Below, piece by piece: positions 62,137 through 64,000 of a DNA stretch of 64,000 nucleotides (positions are counted from its first letter, which is position 1; each line of letters begins with the position of its first letter). The translations under genes and the position numbers were made by a program. Source of the DNA: Candidatus Vogelbacteria bacterium (GTDB lineage Bacteria; Patescibacteriota; Minisyncoccia; Phycocordibacterales; XYD1-FULL-46-19). The stretch is from NCBI GenBank assembly GCA_021414225.1, contig JAIOOX010000001.1:6624-70623 (forward strand), in the 5' to 3' direction. Below the pieces are notes generated by a model. The model did no database searches. It was not told the origin of the DNA and saw only the letters and a program-made list of their open reading frames with translations.

Positions 62137-62685
62137 TTATAACTGATTTGTTTTAAGTTTAAGCTCAAGACTGAAAGATCCCGCTTTTTCTTTAATTAAG
62201 TTATCGACCGGAGAATTAACAGTTGCCACTTGAGCTGATTGTTTTAACTTTTCAACATAGTCAAGAAAAACTTTTCGACTAGTAAACTGACCTTTAATTG
62301 TCACCCCTTGGTTCTCACTACCACTATTATCAAAATTTAACGACTGAATACGAATACCATCTATTCTGTAAGTCATTATTAAATCTAAAACCGCCTGTAA
62401 AGAAATTTTATTATTAAGAGAGTTAATTATTGAGATATTACTATTAAGTCCAGCCACATAACTAGACACTTGCTCAAAATTTTCACTTTTATTCTCTGTA
62501 GGAACGCCACTCAACTCTCTAACCAAACTCTTTTCCTTCAATGATAAAACTAAAAAGATGGTAGTGGACACTACCAAGACAATAACCACTACTACAGCCG
62601 TTAGAACCACCCCAACAGTCACCACCCGATTGAGATATTCTTTTTTCAAAACTGATAAATTATTTGAAGGTAAAAGATTAATCAT
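62137..62685 (-). CDS. PilN-like type IV pilus alignment protein
   Basis: MINLLP N-terminus then TM; downstream of pilM. Confidence 0.8.
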   Translation of the reverse strand: MINLLPSNNLSVLKKEYLNRVVTVGVVLTAVVVVIVLVVSTTIFLVLSLKEKSLVRELSGVPTENKSENFEQVSSYVAGLNSNISIINSLNNKISLQAVLDLIMTYRIDGIRIQSLNFDNSGSENQGVTIKGQFTSRKVFLDYVEKLKQSAQVATVNSPVDNLIKEKAGSFSLELKLKTNQL

Positions 62686-62689
62686 ATAT

Positions 62690-63787
62690 TTACTTGGCTT
62701 TATAGTAGGCAGCCCGCAAGGCTAAACCAATAGCCGTACTAAAACGTAAAGAATCTTCAAATGACAGCTGAGGCACTAAATCGACTATTTCTTTGGCATT
62801 ATTCCACGGGTCACCAATAAAGACCGGTAAGTTTAACTGTCCAGATAAATATTCCACAAAACCAGGCAAAGAAGCTTGCCCACCACAAATCACAATTTTC
62901 TCAACTGGTTTTTCATAGTAATTAGACTCACTTTGTTCCGCCCTCCAAAACTCGATTACTCTTGTTAATTCATCTTTCAAGGAAGACATCATTGGGATGA
63001 GGGCAGTGAATACCTCCTCGTTATCTAAGGCTCGAGACAAGCCTTTGGTTTTTTTTAGCGTCTCTGCTTCTTTGGTTGTTATCTTTAAACTTCGTTCAAT
63101 ATTACGAGTCATGTCTCGACCACCGATATTAGATATTGTTGAAGTTAAGGCCACCACCCCTCTAGCCACTACCCCTAAACCGGTTCTTGTTTTACCAATA
63201 TCTAAAATTAAAGTAGTGTCTCTATCGCCCGAGGCCAAGCAAGCCCTAGCTAAAGCTTGAGATTCTATTTCAAAAGCTAAAGGCATTAACCCGGCCTCCG
63301 ACAAAACTGAAGCATAAACAGAAGCTTCCTTTTGAGGAAAAATAGAGACTACTACGTCACGCCCACCAGGACCAGCCTTGGGGGTGTCCACTAGTTCATA
63401 ATCAAAGATAATATCTTTGATAGGCAAAGGAACATATTGATCCAACTGAAGCTCAATCGCCTGCTTCATTTCAGTTGGCGACATCTCCGGCAGAGAGAGT
63501 CTAACAATATAAGCTAATTCCTCAGGAAGAGCTGCCACTACCGCTGAAAATTTATAATCTTTTTTTAATTTTATTAAACTTTCAATTAAAATTTCTGGTT
63601 TTTTAATAACCCCAGACTCAATCACTCCTGGAGCCAGATCGACTTCTGCAAAATAATTTAAAGTTAACTTCTGGTTGGTATTAGAAATATTAACCAACTT
63701 CACAGATTGATCAGAAATATCTAAACCCACCGCTGGTATTGCTAAGAATCGAGGGGTGGGGAAAAATTTTAGAAAAGTAGAAAACAC
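62690..63787 (-). CDS. pilM: Type IV pilus assembly protein PilM
   Basis: VGLDISDQSVK, LDIGKTRT, CGGQASLPG, AIGLALR actin-like motifs. Confidence 0.9.
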   Translation of the reverse strand: MFSTFLKFFPTPRFLAIPAVGLDISDQSVKLVNISNTNQKLTLNYFAEVDLAPGVIESGVIKKPEILIESLIKLKKDYKFSAVVAALPEELAYIVRLSLPEMSPTEMKQAIELQLDQYVPLPIKDIIFDYELVDTPKAGPGGRDVVVSIFPQKEASVYASVLSEAGLMPLAFEIESQALARACLASGDRDTTLILDIGKTRTGLGVVARGVVALTSTISNIGGRDMTRNIERSLKITTKEAETLKKTKGLSRALDNEEVFTALIPMMSSLKDELTRVIEFWRAEQSESNYYEKPVEKIVICGGQASLPGFVEYLSGQLNLPVFIGDPWNNAKEIVDLVPQLSFEDSLRFSTAIGLALRAAYYKAK

Positions 63788-63812
63788 TACCCTAGTATAC
63801 CAAATTTATATC

Positions 63813-64000
63813 CTAAGAAAGATGTTTAGACTGTGAACGACGATACCCTTTTAGTAATTCGTAGGCCGCCGGCATTAATGATAGACCGATAATAATAAAA
63901 ATAATTATTGTAATGTACTCATCAACTCCAGGTATTAGTGAACCCAAGAAATAACCTAAGCTAATAAAACTAACACTCCACAACACTCCTCCCACGACGT
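63813..64000 (-). CDS. DedA family protein, C-terminal part (cut by window end)
   Basis: GGVLW...LGYFLG...IIGLSLMP. Confidence 0.7.
   Translation of the reverse strand, partial: VVGGVLWSVSFISLGYFLGSLIPGVDEYITIIIFIIIGLSLMPAAYELLKGYRRSQSKHLS

Overview
64 kb of chromosome from an AT-rich bacterium that looks like Patescibacteria/CPR (Parcubacteria-like). The grounds are inference from gene content and style: eukaryote/archaeal-type GlyRS, a compact FolD, PilMNO genes, an S-layer-like protein and leaderless promoters. Most genes lie on the minus strand and are housekeeping: folD, a cell-wall/glycan block, rodA, rplJL with an L10 leader, ftsK-recA-efp, rpsF-ssb-rpsR, metG, glyQS, recO, ileS, argS, a five-gene dTTP operon, secE-nusG-rplK, lexA, rplS, pilMNO. 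RNA genes are a 23S-tRNA-Gly-5S unit with no 16S and four further tRNAs. The most notable unexplained signal is about 20 copies of a TGTCY-AT-rich motif packed into and upstream of a helix-bundle/winged-HTH gene divergent from ftsK, a candidate protein/DNA-site system. Others are a tRNA-Gly with a 2-nt acceptor-stem bulge, an rRNA-type boxA in the long S-layer gene leader, a histidine-phosphatase domain inside IleRS, a LexA box sitting between -35 and -10, and short accessory genes with very strong Shine-Dalgarno sites among mostly leaderless genes. No CRISPR array, integrase or transposase was seen. All calls are by eye; no database searches were run.
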